A stretch of 64,000 nucleotides of DNA, from positions 4,576,001 to 4,640,000 of the forward strand of contig OZ244960.1 in assembly GCA_965222605.1 (NCBI GenBank). Reading direction: 5' to 3'. The notes below the pieces were generated by a model that ran no database searches, had not been told where the DNA came from, and was given only the letters and a program-made list of their open reading frames with translations. Every line of letters begins with the position of its first letter. The first letter of the stretch is position 1. The stretch comes from Candidatus Latescibacterota bacterium (lineage in GTDB: Bacteria; Latescibacterota; UBA2968). Shown in pieces: positions 26,973 through 36,618 of this stretch. The position numbers and the translations under genes are program-made.

Positions 26973-28100
26973 ATGAAAAAATTAATAGCTGCCTTTGTAA
27001 CCGCGGCCCTCCTGCTCAACGCGATGGCTTCCACACTTGCACACGCAGCCACATACTTGCAAGATGCAGAGGTCAATGCCAATACGCTGATTCGAGATGC
27101 TTATGTGCAAGTCACCTATTACGATAGCAATGGAGAACAGAAATTGGCGAAGGGGTGGATTGACACTATTGGTGAGACCACATTTAAGATTCGAGGCAGG
27201 GCACTTTTCGGAAAGAAGACCATTGCTTACGACATAGTCCTGTCAGTGATCATGAGCGAAGAATCAACAACACGAGGAAAGCAAATCAATGAGGTAGATC
27301 GGTTTATTCGAGACATGAAAAAACGAGAGGCAAGAGCGTTAGAAACAGAGCAAGCCGCTATACAACGGCTCAATCAGGAAGCTGTGACGATCATATCTCG
27401 CGGACAGATTGATTCTTCAAAGATTACGAAGGGATGGTATGCCCATGTCGTCTATACATCGCAAGGTGCCACAGGAACTGCAACCAGCCGAATTGCGGAC
27501 AAGGACTCAAGCCGTATTGCGCTCAAATATGGGTTTGATACCTATAATATAAACTATGATGACATCGATACCCTCGTGGTTGACAAACAGTGGCGCGATA
27601 TCGAAAGGTATCGAGAAATCGGCGCGAAGTACGATGCCAGAGTACGTTTCAAAGCGCCTTCAGTTTCAAGAAGGCGGATAACGGGCAGACTCATCAATGT
27701 GACGCAAGACACTCTTATTATCGAAGCTGGACGTACACTGTATCAGGTACCCGTTTCTTCAATCTCCAATCTTGAAGTCAGCACCTTAAGATATAACAAA
27801 GGCTTTAAAATCGGGCTTGGTGCCGGAGCCGTCATCATTGGATTCACAAGTATATATACATATAGAGAAAAAAAGCGTATTGACCAGAGCAGTGGCGATA
27901 CCAGTCTCGCATATTACACCCTTGGTATCGCAACATTAGTGGGATATTCCGCTGGTGCATTTGTATGTCTTCTCTCCACTCTCATTGGTGCTACAATAAA
28001 ATCCGACAAATGGGTCGAAGTGCCACCACAACGTCTCAACCTGAGCCTTGCGCCCACATCCACAAAAGGGCTTCGCGCTGCGCTTACGTTTAATTTTTGA
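26973..28100 (+). CDS. Secreted protein: modules A+D+E, Gly-rich helices, beta-hairpin tail
   Basis: AAGGAG RBS; signal ending LAHA-A; ends RLNLSLAPTSTKGLRAALTFNF. Confidence 0.7.
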   Translation: MKKLIAAFVTAALLLNAMASTLAHAATYLQDAEVNANTLIRDAYVQVTYYDSNGEQKLAKGWIDTIGETTFKIRGRALFGKKTIAYDIVLSVIMSEESTTRGKQINEVDRFIRDMKKREARALETEQAAIQRLNQEAVTIISRGQIDSSKITKGWYAHVVYTSQGATGTATSRIADKDSSRIALKYGFDTYNINYDDIDTLVVDKQWRDIERYREIGAKYDARVRFKAPSVSRRRITGRLINVTQDTLIIEAGRTLYQVPVSSISNLEVSTLRYNKGFKIGLGAGAVIIGFTSIYTYREKKRIDQSSGDTSLAYYTLGIATLVGYSAGAFVCLLSTLIGATIKSDKWVEVPPQRLNLSLAPTSTKGLRAALTFNF

Positions 28101-28152
28101 CGTCAGGGACCGAGCTAACGGCTGTGTTCACGTATTTTAACAGGAGGAATTT

Positions 28153-29337
28153 ATGGTACGAATAGCAGCAATCGTTTGTATGTTAAGCGTATGTATGCCA
28201 GAGACCTCCCTGGCAAGGGAGACCTTTGAAGCTGGTGAGATTGATAGCAGCACAGTTAAACCAGGTGCTTTTGTCGAGATTATCTATGGGAAGGGCGAGC
28301 GGGATACGGTGTCAGGAGAGTGGGAGGGACTGAATACGGCAAGGGGATATATTCAAGCTATTGATGCGGAGCGGTTGATCATTGGCGAACAGTTTTGGAA
28401 GAAGGAGATCGCATTAGATCGCGTTCAAAAGCTGACGATTTTAGGAGTTGTCCGCGATGTGAAAAAGTCAGCGTTAGAGACAGCGCAAACCGCTATACAA
28501 CGTTTCGATCAGAAGGCCATTGCGATTATGGCACGGGGGGAGATTGACACGTCAAAGATCGCGACGGGATGGTATGCTCAGGTCGTTTATACATCAGACG
28601 GGGATAGAGGAACTGCAATGGGAAAGATTATCGGCAAGAACTCAGATCGTATTGTGATCCAGAGTAGGGATAGTTTTTGGAGAAACTGGAAAATAGCATA
28701 CAGTGATATTGATACACTCGTTGTAGCGAAACGGCAAAGAGACATTGAAGGGCGAAGAGATTCAAGAACAAAGAGCAGGCGCGGTGCAGGATTGAATATT
28801 GAAATTGGCTGGAATGGTGGCGTCAATCCCTATGATATTTACTGGATATCTAACCCCGGAGGAGGTGCGTATGCCGCGGGCTTCGACACACAAACGAGAC
28901 AGCCGTGGTCAGTTTCCTGTTATTTTGGTCGTTTTCTTACGGGTGAGAGGCGTGGGCGATTGGGGATAAAATATATCCGGCAGATAGTAGAAGCAGATAA
29001 AAGGGGTCGTTATCCCGGACGCTATCGCCTCTGGATGTCATCGCTGCTGTTGAATTATCAATTTGTGGTTCTAAGAAGCACGGCAGGTATCGTAGTGGCT
29101 GAGATTGCGATGGGTAGATCGCTCACGAATGACGACTTCAGGTACTGCGATGGGGTCTGTTTTCCCGCATCCAGTACGCACATCTCTTCCGGGCTTGCGT
29201 TCATACTGCCTATCCATCGGAGTATTGGCGTGCAGGCTGTGGTGCGAGCAAATTTATACAAGCCAAAGCCGAACGAATCCATCACGCCTTTTAAGTCGGG
29301 AATATCGTTGGCTATTGGACCGCTTTTAGAGTTTTAG
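28153..29337 (+). CDS. Secreted protein: modules B+D plus a small beta-barrel
   Basis: FEAGEIDSS...GYIQAIDAE; module D shared with 26973; ends SLAIGPLLEF. Confidence 0.7.
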   Translation: MVRIAAIVCMLSVCMPETSLARETFEAGEIDSSTVKPGAFVEIIYGKGERDTVSGEWEGLNTARGYIQAIDAERLIIGEQFWKKEIALDRVQKLTILGVVRDVKKSALETAQTAIQRFDQKAIAIMARGEIDTSKIATGWYAQVVYTSDGDRGTAMGKIIGKNSDRIVIQSRDSFWRNWKIAYSDIDTLVVAKRQRDIEGRRDSRTKSRRGAGLNIEIGWNGGVNPYDIYWISNPGGGAYAAGFDTQTRQPWSVSCYFGRFLTGERRGRLGIKYIRQIVEADKRGRYPGRYRLWMSSLLLNYQFVVLRSTAGIVVAEIAMGRSLTNDDFRYCDGVCFPASSTHISSGLAFILPIHRSIGVQAVVRANLYKPKPNESITPFKSGISLAIGPLLEF

Positions 29338-29382
29338 GAATTGTCCCAGGATGAAATATCACGAGTTCAATTGGAAAAGGTA

Positions 29383-30357
29383 ATGACCATGAGACGATAT
29401 ACGCTACTTGGGCTATGCACTCTGATTGGGTTGATGGCAGGTGAGGGATCAGCCCAGGAGCCTGTCAGTATAAAGAGAACGGGGTTCACTTTTTTGCAGT
29501 TTCCTACCAATGCCCGCACGGCAGCTTTGGGTGAGGCTGGCGTGGGGTTGATCGAGAGTGGGCAGGCTATTTTGTACAATCCAGCGGGACTGGCTTTTAT
29601 GGAAGATCGGGAAGCGTATTTTACGTATATCGATTGGATTTTTAGTACCAAGAATTACGTGGCTGGCGTTTCAGCAAATGTGCTGCGTGTAGGGACATTT
29701 GGACTTTCTGTCTTGAATCACGATGTCGGTCCTATCAGGTTCGAGAATACCACGCAAGAGATCAGCGAGTATGCCATTTCCGTGGCTTATGGGGGCATGA
29801 TTATCAATCGGATTGCGGTGGGAACCACCCTCAAGCTGATTCATCAAGGCTTTCCTGAGTTCACGCAAAATGTCTTTGCCTTTGATTTGGGTACGTATTT
29901 TGCCACGGGATTTCGGAATACGGTGATTGCGATGGGCGTGGAGAACTTGAGCACGAGCGGGTTAGGCGAGCCAGAGCGATGGGGACTTCCGAAGAATGTG
30001 CGGCTGGGTGTGCTCCTTGATTTGATTGCGCTGATAGATTTCGGTCCCCTGCCCCACGCTCTGGACCTGGTCGTAGATGTGAATAATCCAAATGATTCTG
30101 AGGATGGCTTCTACACGGATATAGGTGTCGAATATACATATATGTATCATACCGCCATAGGCGACAAGTTGGGATTTTCGCTGCGAGGAGGGAAAAGAAA
30201 AAGGCCCCGTAGTCTAATAGATCCCTATACCCTGGGTATTGGGGTGCAGTTTAAGACCGGTGGTTTAGGTTTGAAGGTGGATTACGCGAGCAAGTCCTTT
30301 GACGCCTTTTACGATGGTGAACGGGTGCATATTCTCAGCGTTGCGTTTGATTTTTAG
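29383..30357 (+). CDS. PorV/PorQ-family beta-barrel protein
   Basis: FTFLQFPTNARTAALGEAG...YNPAGLA; AFDLGTYF.TGFR; ends SVAFDF. Confidence 0.82.
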   Translation: MTMRRYTLLGLCTLIGLMAGEGSAQEPVSIKRTGFTFLQFPTNARTAALGEAGVGLIESGQAILYNPAGLAFMEDREAYFTYIDWIFSTKNYVAGVSANVLRVGTFGLSVLNHDVGPIRFENTTQEISEYAISVAYGGMIINRIAVGTTLKLIHQGFPEFTQNVFAFDLGTYFATGFRNTVIAMGVENLSTSGLGEPERWGLPKNVRLGVLLDLIALIDFGPLPHALDLVVDVNNPNDSEDGFYTDIGVEYTYMYHTAIGDKLGFSLRGGKRKRPRSLIDPYTLGIGVQFKTGGLGLKVDYASKSFDAFYDGERVHILSVAFDF

Positions 30358-30389
30358 AACAAGGATTAATGATTCGAAAAGGGGAACTC

Positions 30390-31619
30390 ATGGCACGAAT
30401 AGCTACAATCGTTTTGATGCTGGGCATGTGTCTGCCTGAGACCTTGCTGGCAGGGGTGGTCTTTGAAGCCGGTGAGATTGATAGCAGCACAGTTAAACCC
30501 GGTGCCTATGTCGAGATCATCTATGGGAAAAGAGAGCGGGATCCAGTATCAGGAGAGTGGGAGAAATTGGATACTGTAAAAGGATATATCAAAGCCATTG
30601 ATGCGGAGACTTTGACTATTGGTGAACGGTTTTGGAAAAAGAAAATAGAGTTAGAGCGCATCCAAAAGCTGACGATTCCAGATGCTGATGGCGAGATGGA
30701 CAGGCTCAGGGGGATTGACTTGCCTTTCGGATCACGGACATTGCAGACGAAGATCATTTTAGAAGCGGGTGAGATTGATAGCAGCAGGGTTGCAGTCGGT
30801 GCTTATGTCGAGGTCATCTATGGGAAGGGGAAGCGGGATGCGGTGTCAGGTGAGTGGGAAGGAGAAAAGAAAGTAAAAGGATATGTCAAAGCTGTTGATG
30901 CAGAATATTTGATTATTGGCGAACGGTTTTTGGAAGAGCAGATCGCATTGGAGCGCGTTCAAAAGCTGATCATTTTAGACGCTGCTGACCGGGAGATGGA
31001 CAAGCTCAGACAGCCAACAGATTCGCTTTCAGTGAGAACAAAGAACGGGCATGGGATAAGGCTGTTATTTGAAACTGGCTATTTTACGGGCGTTAGAACA
31101 GAATTTCTGGATCTCTACTTCGGTGGATCGATAGGTAAAAAAGGACTGCCCTGGTCTGTGTCTCTTTTATTTGCTGATGCGAGACGTTGGAGACTTGCTC
31201 TGAGAGGTGCCTATCGGAAAATTCAGGTATTCGGAAGATATACCCAGGCCGAACTCGCGGAGCGATTTCCCCTTGCTCCCAGGAGCGAATCCATTCGGCA
31301 TAGAGATGGCGTCACCTACCGGTTGGTTTCGGTGTTGCTGGCCTACCAACGTGTTATTCATAGAAGCACGCGAAGTGTCGTGCTGGCGGATCTTGCAGGC
31401 GGAATAGCGTATAGGAGTTCTTTTTTTAATAATGGGGGGGAGCCGGTGGAATCTTCCAGAAATTTTTTATGCTGGTCTGCGGGAGTTGCTTTTCTGATGC
31501 CTGTCCATTCGCGCGTCAGTCTGCAAGCCAGTGTGCGGAAAGATTTTTTGGTGGGGTATTTCCCAGATCCTTTTATTTCGGGGATGTCGTTGACTATTGG
31601 ACCGCTTTTAGAGTTTTAG
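30390..31619 (+). CDS. Secreted protein: modules B+B plus a small beta-barrel
   Basis: Two EAGEIDSS repeats; ends SLTIGPLLEF. Confidence 0.7.
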   Translation: MARIATIVLMLGMCLPETLLAGVVFEAGEIDSSTVKPGAYVEIIYGKRERDPVSGEWEKLDTVKGYIKAIDAETLTIGERFWKKKIELERIQKLTIPDADGEMDRLRGIDLPFGSRTLQTKIILEAGEIDSSRVAVGAYVEVIYGKGKRDAVSGEWEGEKKVKGYVKAVDAEYLIIGERFLEEQIALERVQKLIILDAADREMDKLRQPTDSLSVRTKNGHGIRLLFETGYFTGVRTEFLDLYFGGSIGKKGLPWSVSLLFADARRWRLALRGAYRKIQVFGRYTQAELAERFPLAPRSESIRHRDGVTYRLVSVLLAYQRVIHRSTRSVVLADLAGGIAYRSSFFNNGGEPVESSRNFLCWSAGVAFLMPVHSRVSLQASVRKDFLVGYFPDPFISGMSLTIGPLLEF

Positions 31620-31669
31620 GGATTGTCCCAGGATAAATACTACCATTTCAATCAGGGGAATATTCGATT

Positions 31670-32662
31670 ATGAGACGATATACTCTAATTGGGCTATGCA
31701 CACTGTGTATATGGCTCATAGCGGGTGAGGGGTTTGCTCAGACGGTTATCAGGTCAACGGGGTACGACGTTTTATTTCGTCCCAACAGTGGCCGCACCGC
31801 TGCTTTGAGTGAGGCGGGTGGGGGGTTGATCGGAAGCGGGCAAGCTATTTTTTATAATTCCGCAGGACTGGCTTTTATGGAAGGTCGGGAAGCGTATTTC
31901 ACTTACGTAGATTGGATTAGTGGTTCCAAGAACTACGTAGCTGGCCTTGCAGCAAATGTGTCAGGCAAAGGGACATTCGGGATTTCTGCGGTGAATCTCG
32001 ATAACAATGATGAGAATGAGAGCGAATATGCTATTTCTGGGGCTTATGCGTTCAATATTACCCGTCGGATTGCGGCGGGAGCCACCGTCAAGCTGGTACA
32101 TCGTGACTATTTCAAATATGTTCGGGATGGTTTTTTTGATGAATATCCTGACACAACTGAAAAATATATTCACAATTTTTTTGTTTTTGATGTGGGCGCG
32201 TATTCCGTGGGGGTTCAGAATCTGGTTATGGCACTGAGCGTGCATAACTTGAGTTCGGGTGGGTTAGGCAAGCCAGAGGAGTTGGAGCTTCCAAAGATTA
32301 TCCGTCTGGGGGTGCTCATTGATGTGATTTCGCTGACGGGTATGAGGCCCTTGCCACATATGCTGGACCTGGTCCTGGATGTGAATACAGAGATCAATTT
32401 CGACGAGGCTGTTGAACTGAATATGGGCATGGAATATACGTATTTGTACCGGGCTGCGAGCTATTCCTTAGGCGTCTCGCTGCGAGGAGGACGAAGATCC
32501 AGAGGGTCCTGGAGTTCTGCAAATCCCATTACCTGGGGAGGTGGATTGCAGTTTAAGACCAACGGAGGTCGAGGTGTAAAGGTGGATTACGCAAGAAAGT
32601 CCTTTAATTATCGTATCGAGGATCCGCAAGTGCATATCTTCAGCGTTGCTTTCAATTTTTAG
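31670..32662 (+). CDS. PorV/PorQ-family beta-barrel protein
   Basis: GRTAALSEAG...FYNSAGLAF; ends SVAFNF. Confidence 0.78.
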   Translation: MRRYTLIGLCTLCIWLIAGEGFAQTVIRSTGYDVLFRPNSGRTAALSEAGGGLIGSGQAIFYNSAGLAFMEGREAYFTYVDWISGSKNYVAGLAANVSGKGTFGISAVNLDNNDENESEYAISGAYAFNITRRIAAGATVKLVHRDYFKYVRDGFFDEYPDTTEKYIHNFFVFDVGAYSVGVQNLVMALSVHNLSSGGLGKPEELELPKIIRLGVLIDVISLTGMRPLPHMLDLVLDVNTEINFDEAVELNMGMEYTYLYRAASYSLGVSLRGGRRSRGSWSSANPITWGGGLQFKTNGGRGVKVDYARKSFNYRIEDPQVHIFSVAFNF

Positions 32663-32695
32663 AGCGTGGTTCACTGATTCGGAAGGGGGGAACTC

Positions 32696-33631
32696 ATGGT
32701 GCGAATAGCTGCAATCGTTTTGGTGCTAAGCGTGTCCTTGCCACAGGTACTGTTGGCAGGGGTAGTCCTTAAATCCGGTGAGATTGACAGCAGAAAGGTT
32801 GAAGTCGGAGCCTATGCCGAAGTCATCTATGGGACGGGTGAGCGGCATCTACTCTCAGGAGAGTGGAAGAAACTGGAGACTGTAAGAGGATACATTAAAG
32901 CCGTTGATGCGGAGACTTTGACCATTGGACGCGGTTTTTGGAAGGGGCAGATAGCCTTTGATAGCATACAAAAGCTGATCCTTGCAGAGTCTGACCGCGA
33001 AATAGACAGGCTTAAAGAGACGACTGATTCGCTTTCTGTAAGGAAAGAGAACAGGCGTGGAACTGGGCTAATGTTTGAAGTCGGCTGGAACCAGGGAATC
33101 AACACATCCTCTCGAAACATCTTCTCAGGATATCCTTCCTACCTTGACCGCAGACAGAAATCACAAGAAGGACTACCCTGGTCTTTATCTTTTTATCTTG
33201 GCCGTATGATTTCGAGTGAGAGATCTTCGCGATTTGGACTGAAATATACTCGTCAAGTAGTGCAGATATTACCAATAAATCCCAATGGCTTTCCCCCTGA
33301 GCCCAGAGATGGCAAAACATATAAGTCATTATCGCTGTTGCTGGTTTACCAACGTGTCGTTAAACGTAGCCCGCGTGTTGTCATGCTCGCAGATTTTGCA
33401 GTAGGTATAGCATTGATAAACAACTATTTCAATAGCGACAGCCCCTGTAACTACTTGTGGGACTGCATTCCTGAAATCGGTTCACGCTACTCTGCCGGGA
33501 TGGCATTTCTACTGCCCAGTAACGCACATATCGGTCTGCAAGCCACTGTGCGAGCAGACTTACTGAGGGTAAAACATAAGTATCCTTTCACTTCGGGAAT
33601 GTCAGTGGCATTTGGACTCCTGTGGGAGTAG
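32696..33631 (+). CDS. Secreted protein: module B plus a small beta-barrel
   Basis: SGEIDS...GYIKAVDAE; barrel paralogous to 28153 and 30390. Confidence 0.7.
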   Translation: MVRIAAIVLVLSVSLPQVLLAGVVLKSGEIDSRKVEVGAYAEVIYGTGERHLLSGEWKKLETVRGYIKAVDAETLTIGRGFWKGQIAFDSIQKLILAESDREIDRLKETTDSLSVRKENRRGTGLMFEVGWNQGINTSSRNIFSGYPSYLDRRQKSQEGLPWSLSFYLGRMISSERSSRFGLKYTRQVVQILPINPNGFPPEPRDGKTYKSLSLLLVYQRVVKRSPRVVMLADFAVGIALINNYFNSDSPCNYLWDCIPEIGSRYSAGMAFLLPSNAHIGLQATVRADLLRVKHKYPFTSGMSVAFGLLWE

Positions 33632-33648
33632 AGATATTATCCCACATT

Positions 33649-33915
33649 TTACACACGCTGTTTGGCTGGCCGCGCTGGCACGCCCATCAACATGCCTTCT
33701 GCGCTGATGTCTTCATCAATATCCGGCCAATGAACGCCCTGACCGTCGCCGATAAATTCATAGTTTGCACGTTGAGCAGGTGTTGCGTCTGCAAGTCGCC
33801 AGGACCAAACGAGCGGTACGCTGATTGTTCGACCATCCACCAAATCCGCGATGATCAATTCCTCAGTGATCTTGATGGCTTTGATGCGAGGTTCCGTATT
33901 ATTCACAGTGTTCAC
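33649..33915 (-). CDS. DUF2442-family protein (putative antitoxin)
   Basis: L.DGRTISVPL.WS.RL..AT..QR.NYE..GDG.GVHWPDIDEDIS. Confidence 0.88.
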   Translation of the reverse strand: MNTVNNTEPRIKAIKITEELIIADLVDGRTISVPLVWSWRLADATPAQRANYEFIGDGQGVHWPDIDEDISAEGMLMGVPARPAKQRV

Positions 33916-33976
33916 GCCATGCCTCCAAAATTATCACGTAGTGCGATTGGATCAACCGCCGGATTTCATTCAATTT
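33899..33976 (-). pseudogene. C-terminal fragment of a DUF4160-like partner gene
   Basis: KLNEIRRLIQSHYVIILEAWREHCE* overlaps the DUF2442 start; the 5' part is missing and the modA stop abuts it. Confidence 0.7.
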
Positions 33977-33977
33977 T

Positions 33978-34745
33978 TTAAAATCCCAAAGCCAACACTC
34001 GGAATCCATACCGCTGAAAGATCGCAGCCGCTGTGTCTGATTGAAAAAAGCGCATGGCGGTATCGACTGCTGGTGTGTGTCGTCCTTTTACAATGGCGAT
34101 GGGATATACAATGGGCGTGCTCAATAGGGAATCGGGGAGTGTGGCAATTACCGCGACGCCATCGCTGATTGTCGCGTCTGTGGCATAGACAATGCCGGCT
34201 GCACATTCTCCGCGGGCGACCAGCGTGAGTGCGCCGCGCACATCCATTGCCGGGGCGATGCGGTTTTTGAGCAATGCCCACCAGCCCAATTTTTTCAGGG
34301 CTTCTACGGCGTAGATACCCGCAGGCACATGAGACGGATCGCCCAGTGCCAATTGTCCTTCGAATGCGCTGGAGAAGTCAAAGTCCGCCTGGATTTTGAC
34401 TTCGAATTTTTCATCCTCTGGTGCGATAATTACCAGGGCGTTGCCCAGCAGGTTGATTCGGGTATCGGGTTCGAGCAATTTTTCTCTCGCTAAAAAATCC
34501 ATCCATTTTATATTTGCCGATAGATATATATCCGCAGGCGCGCCCTGGGCTATCTGTTTGGCGAGGATCGAAGAACCGGCAAAAGACAGTCGCAGGGATA
34601 TGCCCTGTTTTTCTGCGGTTTTGGAGAGGTCTTGCAAAGCACTTGTCAAACTGGCCGCAGCATATACGGTCACGGGTTCGGCAAGGGCGATTCCGCGCGT
34701 TGAGAGGCAGGTTGTGATGAAGATGTAGATGAATAGGTGTTTCAT
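33978..34745 (-). CDS. modA: Molybdate ABC transporter substrate-binding protein
   Basis: YAAASL, GSS.LA.QI..GAPAD, GDPSHVPAG.YA, GIVYATDA, IVYP. Confidence 0.93.
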   Translation of the reverse strand: MKHLFIYIFITTCLSTRGIALAEPVTVYAAASLTSALQDLSKTAEKQGISLRLSFAGSSILAKQIAQGAPADIYLSANIKWMDFLAREKLLEPDTRINLLGNALVIIAPEDEKFEVKIQADFDFSSAFEGQLALGDPSHVPAGIYAVEALKKLGWWALLKNRIAPAMDVRGALTLVARGECAAGIVYATDATISDGVAVIATLPDSLLSTPIVYPIAIVKGRHTPAVDTAMRFFQSDTAAAIFQRYGFRVLALGF

Positions 34746-34822
34746 ATGATATTCCGGTTGGAGATTGGGAGTTGAGTGGGCGGGCTGACCGCTGACTGCT
34801 GACCGCTTACAAGGAGAATAGA

Positions 34823-35470
34823 ATGTCCGATTTTTGGATTCAAGATAGCGAGACGATGTTGCTTATTGGCGATAGTATTACGGATTGTGGCCGGCGGGCG
34901 GCTGAGGCACCGCTGGGCAGTGGGTATGTGCGGGCGTTTACAGAAATGGTGACCGCGCAGTTTCCCGAGCGAAATATCGAATATATCAATAAGGGTATTG
35001 GCGGCAATCGCGTGACGCATTTGCACGAGCGCTGGCGAGAAGACGTGATTGATCACGCGCCGGATAAGTTGTCGATTAAGATCGGGATCAATGATTTGCA
35101 CAGCCTTTTGCGACAGGCGGAAAATGCGGTTCCGCCCGCGCGATTTGAAGCGTTGTACGATGCTATTCTGGATACGACACAACGGGAGATCGGATGTCCA
35201 ATCGTGCTGATTACGCCGTTTTATATTTCGACAGATACATCTGGTCAGACGTTTCAGAGCGAGGTCATGGCATTGATTCCAGAATATATTGGCATTGTGG
35301 AAAAGATGAGCGAAAAGTACGGGACAAAGCTGTTGCGGTTGCACGATCTCTTCCAGATGCATTTGAAATATAGAGATTCAGAGACTTTCTGTCCAGAGCC
35401 TGTGCATCCCAATCGCGCAGGGCACTTTATCATTGCAGATGCGTTATTTAAGACGCTGTGTGAGGCGTGA
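34823..35470 (+). CDS. SGNH/GDSL hydrolase
   Basis: IGDSITD, NKGIGGN, GIND, EPVHPN..GH. Confidence 0.9.
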   Translation: MSDFWIQDSETMLLIGDSITDCGRRAAEAPLGSGYVRAFTEMVTAQFPERNIEYINKGIGGNRVTHLHERWREDVIDHAPDKLSIKIGINDLHSLLRQAENAVPPARFEALYDAILDTTQREIGCPIVLITPFYISTDTSGQTFQSEVMALIPEYIGIVEKMSEKYGTKLLRLHDLFQMHLKYRDSETFCPEPVHPNRAGHFIIADALFKTLCEA

Positions 35471-35530
35471 GAGGTGAGACTGAGGGGCATACCATATCAG
35501 TTTTTTTTAATTGCCAGAGGAGGCACATCA

Positions 35531-36616
35531 ATGGACAAGCTCAAAATTGCACATATCGGCACAGGGAATCGTGGAACAGGCGTGTACCTTCCGCTCATCG
35601 CCAAGTTGAAGGACGACCTTGAACTCGTCGCCGTTTGCGATGTAAGCGAAGATTCCGTCAAAGCGCAGGGCGCAAAGTATAACGTCGCTGCATACACAGA
35701 CACCGCTGAGATGCTGGAGAAAGAGAAGCCAGATATCTGCTCCATCGTAATTACGCCAGGCAATAATCATATCCCGGGGCTGTTGTGCTCTGAACATGGC
35801 GTGAGTTACTGCACCGAGACGCCGATCGACACAGACCTCGGCTGGTCGGACAAGATGATCGAGTCCGCAAAGCAGCACGGGACGAAGATTGAGGTCAACG
35901 AAAACTATTATCGTGTGCCATCGGAACGGATTAAACGCGAGATGATTCTGGCGGGTGTATTCGGCAAAATCAACGTTGCCTACAACGAATTTCGCGGACA
36001 CGGGTATCACGGGGTCGGCTTGATTCGCAGTTACGTCGGATTTGATAACGAACCCCTTCGCGTGTTCGGTTTGCGAAAGAGCTTCACAGTGCAGGAGCAC
36101 ATCTGGCGGCAAGGTCAGCCGACACGCGACTCAGAGGATTGGCAACAAGGCATCATCGAATTTACCGATGGCGCGGTCGGGGTATTCAATTTCAGCAGTT
36201 TGTCTTACGGTTCGCCGCTTCGCGGTTTCAACGGCACGAAGTTCTATGCCGAGCGTGGGATGTGCTTCCGCGATGAAGCGGTCATTCTGAACGACTCCGC
36301 CGATGGGCAACGCAAAATCACGGTCGCCCGCAAAACCAACGATGTTGATGGGTTTGAGACCCTCGCCGCACTCGTGGCGGATACAACGCCGGAAGTGGTG
36401 TGGGAAAATCCGTTGCAAAATTATCCGCTCAGTGATGGCGAAATTACCGTTGCGTCAGAACTGATGAGTATCGCAAATGCCGTTCGCAACGACACCGAGC
36501 CCGAATATGGGGCTTACAATGGTCGTAAGGACCGGGAGATTGACGTGGCGATGGCGAAATCGTGGGCAAACGATGGTGAACCTGTGACGTTCCCACTTGA
36601 ATACGAGCGGCGATAA
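35531..36616 (+). CDS. Gfo/Idh/MocA-family oxidoreductase
   Basis: IGTGNRG, LVAVCD, ETP motif. Confidence 0.85.
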   Translation: MDKLKIAHIGTGNRGTGVYLPLIAKLKDDLELVAVCDVSEDSVKAQGAKYNVAAYTDTAEMLEKEKPDICSIVITPGNNHIPGLLCSEHGVSYCTETPIDTDLGWSDKMIESAKQHGTKIEVNENYYRVPSERIKREMILAGVFGKINVAYNEFRGHGYHGVGLIRSYVGFDNEPLRVFGLRKSFTVQEHIWRQGQPTRDSEDWQQGIIEFTDGAVGVFNFSSLSYGSPLRGFNGTKFYAERGMCFRDEAVILNDSADGQRKITVARKTNDVDGFETLAALVADTTPEVVWENPLQNYPLSDGEITVASELMSIANAVRNDTEPEYGAYNGRKDREIDVAMAKSWANDGEPVTFPLEYERR

Positions 36617-36618
36617 AG

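Noticed and set aside
9231-33976. Integron cassette array
   Set aside because: No integrase and no convincing repeated attC sites between genes; the shared segments are gene remnants
34784-34808. GCTGAC(C/T) heptamer repeat
   Set aside because: Only about three copies in an intergenic region; nothing to support a function
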